From assembly GCA_021371955.1 (NCBI GenBank), contig JAJFVD010000014.1, positions 20,538 through 84,537 of the forward strand: a stretch of DNA of 64,000 bases. The letters run 5' to 3'. Origin of the DNA: Bacteroidales bacterium. GTDB lineage: Bacteria; Bacteroidota; Bacteroidia; Bacteroidales; UBA932. Under the pieces are notes generated by a model. It had not been told where the DNA came from. It saw nothing but the letters and a program-made list of their open reading frames with translations, and did no database searches. Positions 44,074-54,577 of the stretch are shown one piece after another (within the stretch, counting starts at the first letter, position 1; the number at the start of each line of letters is the position of its first letter). The translations under genes and the position numbers were made by a program.

Positions 44074-46503
44074 TTAGATTTTAATCGCCCACATGTTTCC
44101 GCCAAAGTCGGTAACGTAAAGAACGCCGCCGTCAATTACGATATTGCACAGGATTGGAGCACCCAGATTGAGCCGCCAGCGGAACGTTCCGTTGCGGACA
44201 TCCACACAGTAAAGGAATCCGTCATTGGCTCCAAAATAGAGTTCGTTGCCGCTTAGGGCAACACCGCTTTCAACTGTCATCTGAAAGTCCTTGGTATATG
44301 GCGCAGTATAGAAGATTGCAGGATTTGTCCTGAAGTTCCAGAGTTCTTTATACCCGGCAGTTCTGTCAAACGCAACAACACCCTTGTCTGCTGTGCCGGT
44401 GATATAGTATTTATCTGTTACCAGAGGGCGTGAATTGCTGTTTATCACATAGCTGATTTTGAACTTCAGATACTCTTCGCCTGTTCTCGGGTCGACCTCT
44501 GTTATGTATCCCGGAGATGCATAAAAGAAGTGTCCTCCGAATACTACTGGAGAGTTGTCGGATATGCGTGTATCGTCGTCTCTCTTTTCCCAAAGCAGTT
44601 TTCCTGTAGTTATGTCGTGTGCAAAACGCCCTGTCCAGTATGCAGCGGTAAGAAGTACTCCCGACTTTTCATCCACTACCGGAGAGGCAACTGTAGAGAC
44701 TCCGCCTTTCCATGCTTCGTTTACCCAAAGAACCTTGCCGTCCGAAGCCTGCAGGGCAGTAAGGAAGTTTCCCTGACCGGCATAAATTACGCCGTTGCTC
44801 ACAACTATTCCCTGAGTATAGACCGGATGTACGCTGTTTTGCCTGAGTGCCTTCGACCACTTTAGCTTTCCGCTTGCAGCGTCTATTGCATAGACATTTC
44901 CTTCTACATCACAGGCAAATATTACACCTTCCCAGAGAGCCATATTATTCTTTACCGAATTCTTTGTTTTAAAGCTCCACCTTCTGTCTCCTAACGTCCG
45001 GCCTATTGCATGAATTGCCGCCACAGAGGCAGAATCGTCATCGGTTGTTGCAGATATAACAAGATTTCCTGCGAGCAGAGGAGATGTCATAAATGTATTT
45101 CCTCCCATGTTTGTTGCCCAGCGAATTACCGGTTGAGCGGAGGCGAGGCTTCCGGCTGCCGAAGCACCTGCCGGCTGTTGAGCGGCACCACACACTGAAT
45201 TATCAAACCCGCCACAATTAACGACAACAGGATTCACCACAACGCTTCCATCCGAGAACTTCACCAGAATTTTCGCATCACCCGCCGCAGCTCTCATGCC
45301 AACAATATTGCTTGGCAACCGGACAAACCAGCTCCATGAACTTTTCTGAATAAGCGGATACTCTTTTTCATCAACTAAAACAACTGCTTTCTTCACCTCA
45401 GTTGGGGTATCATAAATGTTAGCAATAATCATGAATCCCGATTCAGGGGTTTTCCTGATATATCCGACTGGAGTATATCCATGAACATTAATCTCCCAGA
45501 ATCCGTTTGCAACAACATGCCTCTCTATTGGAGAATATTTCAGATGCGACTTTAAATCGCCCTTCGGGTTGAACTCAATAACCCTGAAAGATGATGGGCT
45601 ATGGTCTATGCCGCCTTTATTGGGAGACATAGTGGATATTGTTGCAACTCCTCCCACAGGTGTCTTGTGATAAAGATTTGTATGGTAGTGCGCATACAGA
45701 TAACCTTTAATGTTGTATTTAAGAAGGTTCAGCTCCTGTTGGGCTGTCTTGAGAAGAAAGTTTTCAGAAAATCCGAGCAGATGGTGGTCCATTATAACTA
45801 CCGGAGTGCCGGCAGGAATTGATTCGAGGTCGCTACGCAGCCAGTTGTAAATCTCGTCTGTGGTATAGCGGGGTACTTTGTCGCCGAACAAAACAGGGAT
45901 ATTCACAAAGTGTACTCCTCCAACATTGAATGAATACCAGACCGGGCCAAACAACTCTTCATAAAGCTCCTCACCGTATGCACCGGCAATAAGGTCGTGG
46001 TTCCCCAGAGTGAAGACAGCTCTCACGCCGAGTTTTTCCGAAGTGAGTTCGCGGGCGTGAAGTCTTAACCCCTTTTCGTAGCATATATCACCGTTAAAAA
46101 CTACGAATGCAGGTTTGTTGTTCGACACGTACCTCTTGAGCAGGTCCATCCAGTCTTTGTAAATACTGGCCTCCGTATCCCCCATGTGGATAAACCGGTT
46201 GGATTGGTTCCCTCTCTTCTTTAGCAAAAAATCGTACTTGCCTTTTTCTTCAATCTTCTGATAAAAACTTCCGGACTGCTCATACCCGTTTGGGGTAGAT
46301 ATAAATACAAATTTTGCCTTTGGGTTTGCCTCAAAAGAGTACTCCCCCTTAACATCTGTTTTTATTACATTATAGCCGTCGGAAACAACAACCCCTGCAA
46401 CAATCTTCCCCTTATCATCCATCACTTTGCCGGAAACTTTCTGTTGAGCCGAAGCAGAAAAAGAGATTAATAGTATTGCCAGAAGGGCTGTTTTAAGTTT
46501 CAT
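44074..46503 (-). CDS. Exported calcineurin-like metallophosphoesterase fused to a PQQ-like beta-propeller
   Basis: HMGD, NGD, GNHD, DHH, AHYH metal motifs; repeated A...G...W propeller blades. Confidence 0.82.
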   Translation of the reverse strand: MKLKTALLAILLISFSASAQQKVSGKVMDDKGKIVAGVVVSDGYNVIKTDVKGEYSFEANPKAKFVFISTPNGYEQSGSFYQKIEEKGKYDFLLKKRGNQSNRFIHMGDTEASIYKDWMDLLKRYVSNNKPAFVVFNGDICYEKGLRLHARELTSEKLGVRAVFTLGNHDLIAGAYGEELYEELFGPVWYSFNVGGVHFVNIPVLFGDKVPRYTTDEIYNWLRSDLESIPAGTPVVIMDHHLLGFSENFLLKTAQQELNLLKYNIKGYLYAHYHTNLYHKTPVGGVATISTMSPNKGGIDHSPSSFRVIEFNPKGDLKSHLKYSPIERHVVANGFWEINVHGYTPVGYIRKTPESGFMIIANIYDTPTEVKKAVVLVDEKEYPLIQKSSWSWFVRLPSNIVGMRAAAGDAKILVKFSDGSVVVNPVVVNCGGFDNSVCGAAQQPAGASAAGSLASAQPVIRWATNMGGNTFMTSPLLAGNLVISATTDDDSASVAAIHAIGRTLGDRRWSFKTKNSVKNNMALWEGVIFACDVEGNVYAIDAASGKLKWSKALRQNSVHPVYTQGIVVSNGVIYAGQGNFLTALQASDGKVLWVNEAWKGGVSTVASPVVDEKSGVLLTAAYWTGRFAHDITTGKLLWEKRDDDTRISDNSPVVFGGHFFYASPGYITEVDPRTGEEYLKFKISYVINSNSRPLVTDKYYITGTADKGVVAFDRTAGYKELWNFRTNPAIFYTAPYTKDFQMTVESGVALSGNELYFGANDGFLYCVDVRNGTFRWRLNLGAPILCNIVIDGGVLYVTDFGGNMWAIKI

Positions 46504-47483
46504 TACATTAAACTTGATTCTAAAAGATTAGTTAAAAAGTCCTTTATTGTCATACCTGTTGCTCTCACCTGCTGAGGCACAAGGCTCATTTCGGTCATGC
46601 CCGGTACTGTATTTATCTCAAGGAAAAAGATGTCGTTTCCTCTTACAATATAGTCCATACGCACAACACCCTTGCATCCAAGGTAGCGGTACATCTTATG
46701 GGTCATGTCAATGATACGCTCGCTGAGTTCGGCGGGTATTTGCGCAGGACAAATCTCCTGGGATGCGCCCAGATATTTGGCCTCATAGTCGAAAAATTCA
46801 TTTTTTGGAATTATCTCTGTAACAGGAAGTTTAACGACTTTTCCACCGGCCTCGAATGCGCCGTTTGTCATCTCCCTGCCTGCAATATATTCTTCAATAA
46901 GAATTGTTTCCCCCTCAAGAAAAGCCGCTTTAATTGCAGCCTCCAGATCCTCCGCCTTCTTCACCTTTGTCACTCCAAAACTGCTTCCTCCGTCGTTTGG
47001 TTTCACAAACAGCGGCAGACCCAGTTTTTCAATAATTTCCGACGAAGAGTAGCTCTCTCCCCTATGGAGAAATACCTCTTTCGCCATATTTATTCCCGTG
47101 TCGCGCAAATAGCATTTGCATGCATATTTGTTGAATGTAATTGCAGAAACAGACGAAGAGCAGGTTGTGTATTTCACGCCAACCATTTCGAAGTAGGCCT
47201 GAAGAAGCCCGTCTTCGCCGGGTGTCCCGTGAATCATTATGAGAGCTATGTCAAAAACCACCTTCTTACCGTTGAGAGAAAAAGAGAAGTCCGATTTGTC
47301 TATCTGTACTGTCCCGCCGCCGCCTGTATCAACCCTCCAGTCATGCCCTTTGAGCATTATTTCATAAACTTCGTATTTCTCTCTGTCTATGTGGCCGGCC
47401 ATGTGCTTGCCACTCTTTACGGAAACCTCTGCCTCCGACGAGTCCCCCCCATAAATAAGGGCTACAATTTTTTTCATCTTCAA
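46503..47483 (-). CDS. ddl: D-alanine--D-alanine ligase
   Basis: GGDSSEAEVS, IHGTPGEDG, GSSFG, EINTVPG. Confidence 0.95.
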   Translation of the reverse strand: MKMKKIVALIYGGDSSEAEVSVKSGKHMAGHIDREKYEVYEIMLKGHDWRVDTGGGGTVQIDKSDFSFSLNGKKVVFDIALIMIHGTPGEDGLLQAYFEMVGVKYTTCSSSVSAITFNKYACKCYLRDTGINMAKEVFLHRGESYSSSEIIEKLGLPLFVKPNDGGSSFGVTKVKKAEDLEAAIKAAFLEGETILIEEYIAGREMTNGAFEAGGKVVKLPVTEIIPKNEFFDYEAKYLGASQEICPAQIPAELSERIIDMTHKMYRYLGCKGVVRMDYIVRGNDIFFLEINTVPGMTEMSLVPQQVRATGMTIKDFLTNLLESSLM

Positions 47484-47492
47484 ATGTTAATA

Positions 47493-49844
47493 TTAATGGA
47501 AAAACGGATCATTTACCATTGAGTTGCCCTCCAGCTCATCGTCACTTCCCTTACAGTTGAACTGCGCAGAAAATCCCGAAGGCATTACAAACTGGTCCTT
47601 GACAGTAATTCCGCAGGAAGGGTCCTTTAAAACCTTCTGCATGAAAAGACCCCAGATTGGGAGCGCCATATTTGCTCCTCCTCCGTTTGAAAGCCCTTCA
47701 AAGTGAACCTGCCTGTCTTCGGCACCAACCCATACCCCCGCTGTGAGCTTTGGTACATATCCTATAAACCAGCCATCGGCCTGATCGTTTGTTGTTCCTG
47801 TCTTTCCGGCAATAGGCCCTTCAGGTACATACTTGTATCTCAGCCTTGCTGCAGTTCCTTCGTTCACTACCCCTTCCATGAGATTCACCATAAGAAAAGC
47901 TGTCTGTTCGCTTATTGCTTCCCTCTTTCGTCCGGTAAAGCTGCCCAGCACGTTGCCCGCCTTGTCCTCAATCCTGAGAACAAAAGTAGGGTCAACAAAA
48001 ACTCCTCTGCTCGGATATGTGTTATATGCTCCCACCATTTCAAAAAGAGTAAGGTCGGCAGGGCCAAGGCAAAGCGACACAACCGGGTCGAGATAACTTG
48101 TTATTCCCAGCCTGTGCGCCATGTCAACCATTGCAAAAGGCCCGAACTGCTTCATGAGATAGGCCGATATGTTGTTTGAACTCTTCGTGAGCCCCCATTT
48201 TAAAGTAACGGTTTTCCCTATCCATTCCGGCTTGTCTGTACTCTCAGGTGTCCAGGTGGTGTCTCCCACTATGAAGGTCTGAGGCACATTCACCACTTTG
48301 TCGCAAGGTGTCATCCCCTCCTGCATGGCAAGAGTATAAAGGAAAGGTTTAATGGTAGAGCCAACCTGTCTTTTTGCCTGACGGGCATTGTCGTACTTGA
48401 AGTACCGGTAATTAGGCCCGCCTACGTATGCCCTCACAAATCCTGTTTGCGGCTCCATAGCCATGAATGAGGCTCTCAGGAAGGATTTGTAATATTTGAT
48501 AGAGTCGTTTGGAGTCATAACAGTATCAATATACCCTGCATTTTTCCATGAGAATACAGTCATGCTTGTAGGTTCATTAAAGGTTGCCTCAATTTCGCTT
48601 TCCTTCATCCCCTCTGCCTTGAGCATCCTCCAGCGGTCGCTCCAGCGGCGTGCCTGCTTCATGATTCTTGCTATATCATCCTTTGAAACACTATTTGAGA
48701 AAGGCTTGTTTGTTTTCCACGCCAGCTCCCTGCTAAAAGTGGGCTGAAGGTCCTTTCCAAGATGTTCTGCAACTGCCTCCTCGGCATAACGCTGCATTTT
48801 TGAATTTATAGTTGTATAAATTTTTAACCCGTCTTTGTCCAGATTGTATTGCGAACCATCCGGCTTAAGGTTTTTGTTTAGCCAGCCGTAAAGAGGGTCC
48901 TCCTTCCACATTGTCATGTCATAGTTGTACTCCTCTTCGTAACGGTAGTCGCTCCGTACAGGTTCGGTGGCATTCATGATTCTCCTTAGCATGTCCCTGA
49001 AATAAGGACCCAGCCCGGAGTTGTTGTCCTGCTGAGCATATGCAAGCTTTATAGGTATATTTACCAGTGAGTCGTATTCCGCTCTGGTGATGAAGTCATA
49101 CTTTCGCATCTGGTTAAGAACGTGATTCCGCCTCTGAAGTGAAAGTTCCGGGTTGGTTACAGGATTAAATCTTGAAGGCTTATTTATCATTCCCACAAGA
49201 AGTGCGCTCTCTTCAATATTGAGGTCGGCCGGTTTCTTCCCGAAGAATGTGTTTGAAGCCGCCCTGATTCCGTATGCATTGCTGCCATAAAAAACGGCAT
49301 TCATATACATACTTAATATCTCATTTTTTGTATAGTTTCTTTCCAGCTTAACTGCTGTTATCCATTCACGGAATTTGTTAACGCCAAGGACAACTGTTTT
49401 TGCTCCTGGTATACGGGACCTTACTGTATCCCTTGGAAAAAGAGTCTTAGCAAGCTGCTGGGAAAGAGTACTGCCACCGCCTCCGGATCTTTTCTGACCA
49501 AGAATTATTGATTTTACGCCAACCCTGGCAAGACTACGGAAGTCAATTCCGCTATGGCTGCGGAAACGTGTATCCTCAGTTGCTATCACCGCAGACACAA
49601 GGCCCGGCGAAAGCTCTTCGAATGTTACAAACGACCTGTTCTCAATATGGAATGTTGTAAGTATCTCTCCGTCTTCCGATATCACCTCGGTTGCCAGGTT
49701 GCTTTTTGGATCTTCAAGCTCTTTGAATGATGGAATATCGGCAAAAATTCCTACAAGGAGAAGAAGAAAAATTAGTAAAATGAAGGGACCAAAAACAATT
49801 ATTCTAAACCATTTCAGGAACTTCTCTCTGTTTTTTATCTCCAT
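47493..49844 (-). CDS. mrcA: Class A penicillin-binding protein (PBP1A)
   Basis: EDTRF, GGSTLSQQLAK transglycosylase motifs; STIK, SNN, KTGTT transpeptidase motifs. Confidence 0.92.
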   Translation of the reverse strand: MEIKNREKFLKWFRIIVFGPFILLIFLLLLVGIFADIPSFKELEDPKSNLATEVISEDGEILTTFHIENRSFVTFEELSPGLVSAVIATEDTRFRSHSGIDFRSLARVGVKSIILGQKRSGGGGSTLSQQLAKTLFPRDTVRSRIPGAKTVVLGVNKFREWITAVKLERNYTKNEILSMYMNAVFYGSNAYGIRAASNTFFGKKPADLNIEESALLVGMINKPSRFNPVTNPELSLQRRNHVLNQMRKYDFITRAEYDSLVNIPIKLAYAQQDNNSGLGPYFRDMLRRIMNATEPVRSDYRYEEEYNYDMTMWKEDPLYGWLNKNLKPDGSQYNLDKDGLKIYTTINSKMQRYAEEAVAEHLGKDLQPTFSRELAWKTNKPFSNSVSKDDIARIMKQARRWSDRWRMLKAEGMKESEIEATFNEPTSMTVFSWKNAGYIDTVMTPNDSIKYYKSFLRASFMAMEPQTGFVRAYVGGPNYRYFKYDNARQAKRQVGSTIKPFLYTLAMQEGMTPCDKVVNVPQTFIVGDTTWTPESTDKPEWIGKTVTLKWGLTKSSNNISAYLMKQFGPFAMVDMAHRLGITSYLDPVVSLCLGPADLTLFEMVGAYNTYPSRGVFVDPTFVLRIEDKAGNVLGSFTGRKREAISEQTAFLMVNLMEGVVNEGTAARLRYKYVPEGPIAGKTGTTNDQADGWFIGYVPKLTAGVWVGAEDRQVHFEGLSNGGGANMALPIWGLFMQKVLKDPSCGITVKDQFVMPSGFSAQFNCKGSDDELEGNSMVNDPFFH

Positions 49845-49955
49845 AATCTTGTTCTATATATAAGGTATAGTAAAAGGCAAAATTAGAAATAAAAATTTGG
49901 ATATTACCTTATTTTATACCTTACTTTGTGCCCGTCAAGGATTATTAGAGAAGTT

Positions 49956-52271
49956 ATGGGAGAGAATTTAGTTATCGTTGAGTCTCCTGCAAAGGCTAAG
50001 ACAATCGAGAAATTTCTGGGGAGTGGTTTTACGGTAAAATCCAGTTTCGGACACATAAGGGACTTGCCTTCCAACTCACTGAGCGTAGACATAGCCAATG
50101 GCTATGAGCCTCAGTACAATGTTTCGGAAGACAAGAAAAAAGTGGTTTCGGAGCTTAAAGCTCTTGCAAAGAAAGCCGACATCGTATGGCTCGCGTCCGA
50201 TGAGGACCGTGAAGGAGAGGCTATTGCATGGCATTTGCTTGAGGCCCTTAACCTGGATGTCGAAAAAACAAGAAGAATCGTTTTTCATGAGATTACAAAG
50301 GATGCAATTTTGCATGCCATTGAAAATCCCCGGTCAATTGATATGAATCTGGTCATGGCTCAGCAGGCGCGCAGGGTTTTGGACAGAATTGTAGGGTTTG
50401 AACTTTCACCTCTTCTCTGGAAGAAGGTGAGACCAAAACTATCTGCCGGAAGGGTTCAGTCTGTTGCTGTGCGGATAATTGTGGAAAGAGAGAGAGAAAT
50501 TCTCGCCTTTACAGCAAAATCTCAATACAAAATTGAAGGAACATTTTCCCCTGCGGATACAAAAACGGCCGCTAAGGTAAAGGCTGAAATTCCAGAAAAG
50601 TTCGAAAGCCGCGAAGAGGCTCTTGCCATACTCGAAGCATGCAAAAGTGCAGTTTTCAAGATTATCTCCGTTGAAGAGAAAGAGGCTAAAAGGACACCAT
50701 CTCCTCCATTCACAACATCAACACTTCAGCAGGAGGCATCCAGAAAACTCGGATTCTCCTTAAGTCAAACGATGCGTACAGCCCAGAATCTATATGAGAG
50801 CGGGTTTATAACATATATGCGTACAGACTCCACAAACCTGTCGAAGATGGCGCTTGGCGCAGCTAAACAGGCAATCACGGATCTCTACGGAAAGGAGTAC
50901 TCGAAGACACGTCAGTATGCCACCAAGAGCAAGGGAGCACAGGAGGCCCACGAAGCAATCCGCCCCACTTTTCTTAGCAATACCGAAATTGAAGCGGGTG
51001 CACAGGAACGCAAGCTTTACAACCTCATCTGGAAACGTACTATTGCCTCTCAAATGGCAGATGCCTCAATAAGCAGGACAGAGATTTCCATTGGTGCGGC
51101 CAATCTTAAAAACAAATTCGTTGCAACTGCCGACAGAATAAAATTTGACGGATTTCTTAAAGTATATATTGAATCAAAAGACGACGATTCGGACGAGGAC
51201 GAAAAACTGCTCAACCTTCCCAAGCTGAATGCCGGAGAGCCGATGAACCGTCACATTATAACAGCTTCGGAAAAGTTTACGCAAAAACCTCCAAGATACT
51301 CCGATGCCAGCCTGGTAAAAAAACTGGAGGAACTAGGAATCGGCCGTCCTTCTACATACGCTCCCACAATTTCAACCATAGTTCAGCGCGGGTATATTGT
51401 TAAAGACAACAGACCCGGCACCGAAAGAAGCAGTAACTGCTTCACACTCGAAAAAGACGAGGTAAAGCACAAAGAGCTCAAAGAGGTCTGGGGTGCAGAG
51501 AAAAACAAACTATTCCCGGAAGACATAGGAATTCTTGTGAATGATTTTCTTGTTGAGAATTTTGAATCGGAAATTGACTTTGGTTTCACCGCAAAGATTG
51601 AAGAGGAGTTTGACTCCGTAGCTGCCGGTAAATTGAAGTGGAACAAGGTAATTGATGAATTCTACGTTCCTTTCCACAAGAAAGTTGATGTGACCCTTCA
51701 AGTATCAAGGCCGGCAAGTGCCGAAAGGCAGCTGGGTACCGACCCGGCAACCGGGAAAAATGTATGCGTGAGGCTGGGCAGGTTTGGTCCGCTTGCGCAA
51801 ATTGGCGACAGCGACGATCCCGAAAAAAGATTTGTAAGTCTTGGCAAAGGACAGCTTATAGAAACCGTTACGCTTGAAGAGGCTCTTAAGCTCTTTTCGC
51901 TGCCAAGGACAGTGGGCGAATACAACGGCAATATTATCATTGCTTCATCCGGAAGATTTGGCCCGTACATAAAATATATGGGTTCATTCATTTCCACAGG
52001 CAAGGATTCCGACCCCTATACTATTGACCTCGAAAGCGCCATCTCAATTATTGAGACAAACAAGAAGAGCGAACAGCAAAAGCAAATCAAAAATTTTCCT
52101 GAAGAGGGGATTGATATTCTCAACGGAAAATATGGCGCCTATATCAAGAAGGGTAAAAACAACTACAAAATTCCGAAAGGCACCGATCCGGCAACAATGG
52201 ATCTGGAGAGCGTGAAGAAGATAATTGGCGAGAGCGGCGAAAAGAGCGAAAAGAGCAAGAAAAAGCGATAA
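49956..52271 (+). CDS. topA: DNA topoisomerase I
   Basis: LVIVESPAK, DEDREGE, ITYMRTDS, GIGRPSTY; start trimmed to ATG 49956. Confidence 0.97.
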   Translation: MGENLVIVESPAKAKTIEKFLGSGFTVKSSFGHIRDLPSNSLSVDIANGYEPQYNVSEDKKKVVSELKALAKKADIVWLASDEDREGEAIAWHLLEALNLDVEKTRRIVFHEITKDAILHAIENPRSIDMNLVMAQQARRVLDRIVGFELSPLLWKKVRPKLSAGRVQSVAVRIIVEREREILAFTAKSQYKIEGTFSPADTKTAAKVKAEIPEKFESREEALAILEACKSAVFKIISVEEKEAKRTPSPPFTTSTLQQEASRKLGFSLSQTMRTAQNLYESGFITYMRTDSTNLSKMALGAAKQAITDLYGKEYSKTRQYATKSKGAQEAHEAIRPTFLSNTEIEAGAQERKLYNLIWKRTIASQMADASISRTEISIGAANLKNKFVATADRIKFDGFLKVYIESKDDDSDEDEKLLNLPKLNAGEPMNRHIITASEKFTQKPPRYSDASLVKKLEELGIGRPSTYAPTISTIVQRGYIVKDNRPGTERSSNCFTLEKDEVKHKELKEVWGAEKNKLFPEDIGILVNDFLVENFESEIDFGFTAKIEEEFDSVAAGKLKWNKVIDEFYVPFHKKVDVTLQVSRPASAERQLGTDPATGKNVCVRLGRFGPLAQIGDSDDPEKRFVSLGKGQLIETVTLEEALKLFSLPRTVGEYNGNIIIASSGRFGPYIKYMGSFISTGKDSDPYTIDLESAISIIETNKKSEQQKQIKNFPEEGIDILNGKYGAYIKKGKNNYKIPKGTDPATMDLESVKKIIGESGEKSEKSKKKR

Positions 52272-52288
52272 CCTATAAACCGGCTCCT

Positions 52289-53293
52289 ATGAAAAACAAT
52301 AACAACAGCAACATCGAGGCAATCCCTGCGGCAGCCCTGAGCGAGGCAACAACTTCAGGAGCACTGGCAGTAATCATTAACACAACCGGCGACGGATCTG
52401 TACTTAAGGCACTCAATACTCTTTTTTGTCACTCGACCTATAAGATTTTTTACATCGAACCGGGCATCAATCAGCTCAAAAAGTGTCTGGAACTATGCCA
52501 CTCCCTCAAAATAAAGTCAATTGTCCTTTCGGGCGAGGAGCTTCCTGCAATCAAAACATTTGCTCCTGAACTCAGCTACTCTGCCTCCCTTATCTCTTCC
52601 GGGAGCGAAGTTTCCGAAAACAACATCCTTGATTATATACTTGAGGACAAACTTGCATCTGAATTTTCGCATATCGGTTTTCAGGCATACAAATACGATT
52701 CATCAAAACTCACAAAGCTGCGTGAAAGGTTTTTCGAGGACCAGCGTCTTGGAAACATCCGCACCAACATGCAAAATACCGAGCCGCTTCTCAGAGGCAA
52801 CACCCACATCTTTTTTGACCTCAGAAGCATAAGAGTATCAGACTTCCCCGAAAACAGCACTCAGGCTCCAAACGGACTTTATGCCGAGGAGGCCTGCCAG
52901 CTGGCAAGATATATTGGGATGGGACAAAAACTGCAAACAATTTTTATTTACGGTTTCCCTTCTAAATGTAAATACAAAAGCACCTCAATGCAACTTACAG
53001 CAGAGATTCTGTGGCACCTCTCGGAGGCCCTTGCGTCCAATATTTCCGAGGATCCCGGCACAAATGGGACCACCGATCTTTTCAATAGAAAAACTGTAAG
53101 CATGGGTCAGGAAGGGCAGGATTTAACATTTATTACAAGCAACACAACCGGCCGTTGGTGGATGGAAATTCCGGAGGCCAAATCAAATAAGAATCAATTT
53201 ATTCCCTGCTCATATTCCGATTATCTTACCGCATATTCAGGAGAAATTCCGTTGCGTTGGCTTTTCTTTTATCAAAAAATAAATCCTATTTAA
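52289..53293 (+). CDS. Arginase/formimidoylglutamase-fold protein, degenerate
   Basis: SHIGFQAY, PNGLYAEEACQLARYIG, TGRWWMEIP, IPCSYSDY...GEIP.RW pattern; no DAHxD visible. Confidence 0.65.
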   Translation: MKNNNNSNIEAIPAAALSEATTSGALAVIINTTGDGSVLKALNTLFCHSTYKIFYIEPGINQLKKCLELCHSLKIKSIVLSGEELPAIKTFAPELSYSASLISSGSEVSENNILDYILEDKLASEFSHIGFQAYKYDSSKLTKLRERFFEDQRLGNIRTNMQNTEPLLRGNTHIFFDLRSIRVSDFPENSTQAPNGLYAEEACQLARYIGMGQKLQTIFIYGFPSKCKYKSTSMQLTAEILWHLSEALASNISEDPGTNGTTDLFNRKTVSMGQEGQDLTFITSNTTGRWWMEIPEAKSNKNQFIPCSYSDYLTAYSGEIPLRWLFFYQKINPI

Positions 53294-53341
53294 TTATAAT
53301 TTATTATTATATTTGTCTTTTAGATAACAAATATAACAATT

Positions 53342-53839
53342 ATGCCTAAGTACCAGATTGATCAGATCGATCAGAAAATTCTGTCATTTCTTGTAAAAAA
53401 TGCAAGAATGCCATTTCTGGAGATAGCCAGAGAATGTGGCGTTTCCGGTGCGGCAATTCACCAAAGGGTAAAAAAGATGGAGAACCTGGGAATCATCACC
53501 GGCTCCCGCCTTCTTGTAAAACCTCAGACCCTCGGGCTCAACGTTTGTGCCTTTGTAGGAGTAAGTCTGTCGCAGGCAAATCATTATCCACAAGTAATTG
53601 AAGCTCTAAAAAACATTTCGGAGGTTGTTGAATGTCACTTCGTAACAGGCAAACATGCTCTGATGTTAAAGATTTACTGTCAGAATCACGATCACCTTAT
53701 GGAGATTCTGATAAACACTATTCAAAACATTCCTTCAGTTGAGCAGACCGAGACATTCATTTCACTCGACCAGGCAATTGAAAGACAGGTGTGGGTTAAA
53801 GATTTTCCTCAAAAAGGTAGTTCCCTTAAAAAGAAATAA
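53342..53839 (+). CDS. asnC: Lrp/AsnC-family transcriptional regulator
   Basis: NARMPFLEIARECGVSGAAIHQRV HTH; VVECHFVTG. Confidence 0.88.
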   Translation: MPKYQIDQIDQKILSFLVKNARMPFLEIARECGVSGAAIHQRVKKMENLGIITGSRLLVKPQTLGLNVCAFVGVSLSQANHYPQVIEALKNISEVVECHFVTGKHALMLKIYCQNHDHLMEILINTIQNIPSVEQTETFISLDQAIERQVWVKDFPQKGSSLKKK

Positions 53840-54500
53840 GTATAGCCTGAGCCAGAGTTAAATCTTTTGGCCTGGTTATTTTTATATTCAACATTCTCCC
53901 TTCGGTCAGATATATTTTAGTACCTCTGCTTTCCACAACGGAGGCATCGTCTGTAAACGCAGGATTATAAGCCTGGTTATAGGCGTCCAAAAGCAATTCC
54001 GAATGAAATATCTGAGGAGTTTGTATACTCACATACTTATCGCGCTCAACGGGCCTGCTTCCATTTTCATCTGAATATCTTAAAGAATCCACTACCTTAA
54101 CGGCAGGGATAACCGCTCTTTTTTCTTCGGCCTCTGCAAAAAGAGACTCAAGAAAATCTTTGGGAACAAACGGTCTTACTCCGTCGTGTACAGCAACCAG
54201 CGCTCCCTCCGGAACATACTTCATTGCGTTCTTCACGGAGTGGAATCGTGTTATGCCTCCGCTTACAAGCGTATGCTTGAAACTAAGCCTCTGTTCCTTA
54301 TAGAAGTTTTTCCAGTAATCCCTCAAAGAGGCAGGCACAACCAATATTATCTCCACAGGAAACGACAGTGACAGAAAGGCTTCAATGGTATGCAGGAGTA
54401 TCGGCTTGTCCCCGAGCATCAGAAACTGCTTTGCAATCTCCCCTCCCATTCTGCTTCCCGAGCCTCCGGCTACAATTACGGCATAACATTTTCTTTGCAT
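53826..54500 (-). CDS. ispD: 2-C-methyl-D-erythritol 4-phosphate cytidylyltransferase
   Basis: AGGSGSRMG, VHDGVRP, QTPQ, FTDDAS, NIKIT. Confidence 0.93.
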   Translation of the reverse strand: MQRKCYAVIVAGGSGSRMGGEIAKQFLMLGDKPILLHTIEAFLSLSFPVEIILVVPASLRDYWKNFYKEQRLSFKHTLVSGGITRFHSVKNAMKYVPEGALVAVHDGVRPFVPKDFLESLFAEAEEKRAVIPAVKVVDSLRYSDENGSRPVERDKYVSIQTPQIFHSELLLDAYNQAYNPAFTDDASVVESRGTKIYLTEGRMLNIKITRPKDLTLAQAILISF

Positions 54501-54577
54501 AATTTGTGATATTTTATGATTGCAAAATTAACTATTAATTGGTTAAATTTTCGTACTTTTGTACCTATTTGAAAGGT

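Noticed and set aside
46698-47522. Long antisense ORFs opposite ddl (274 aa) and mreB (56216..56878, 220 aa)
   Set aside because: Shadows of conserved genes with no recognisable motifs.
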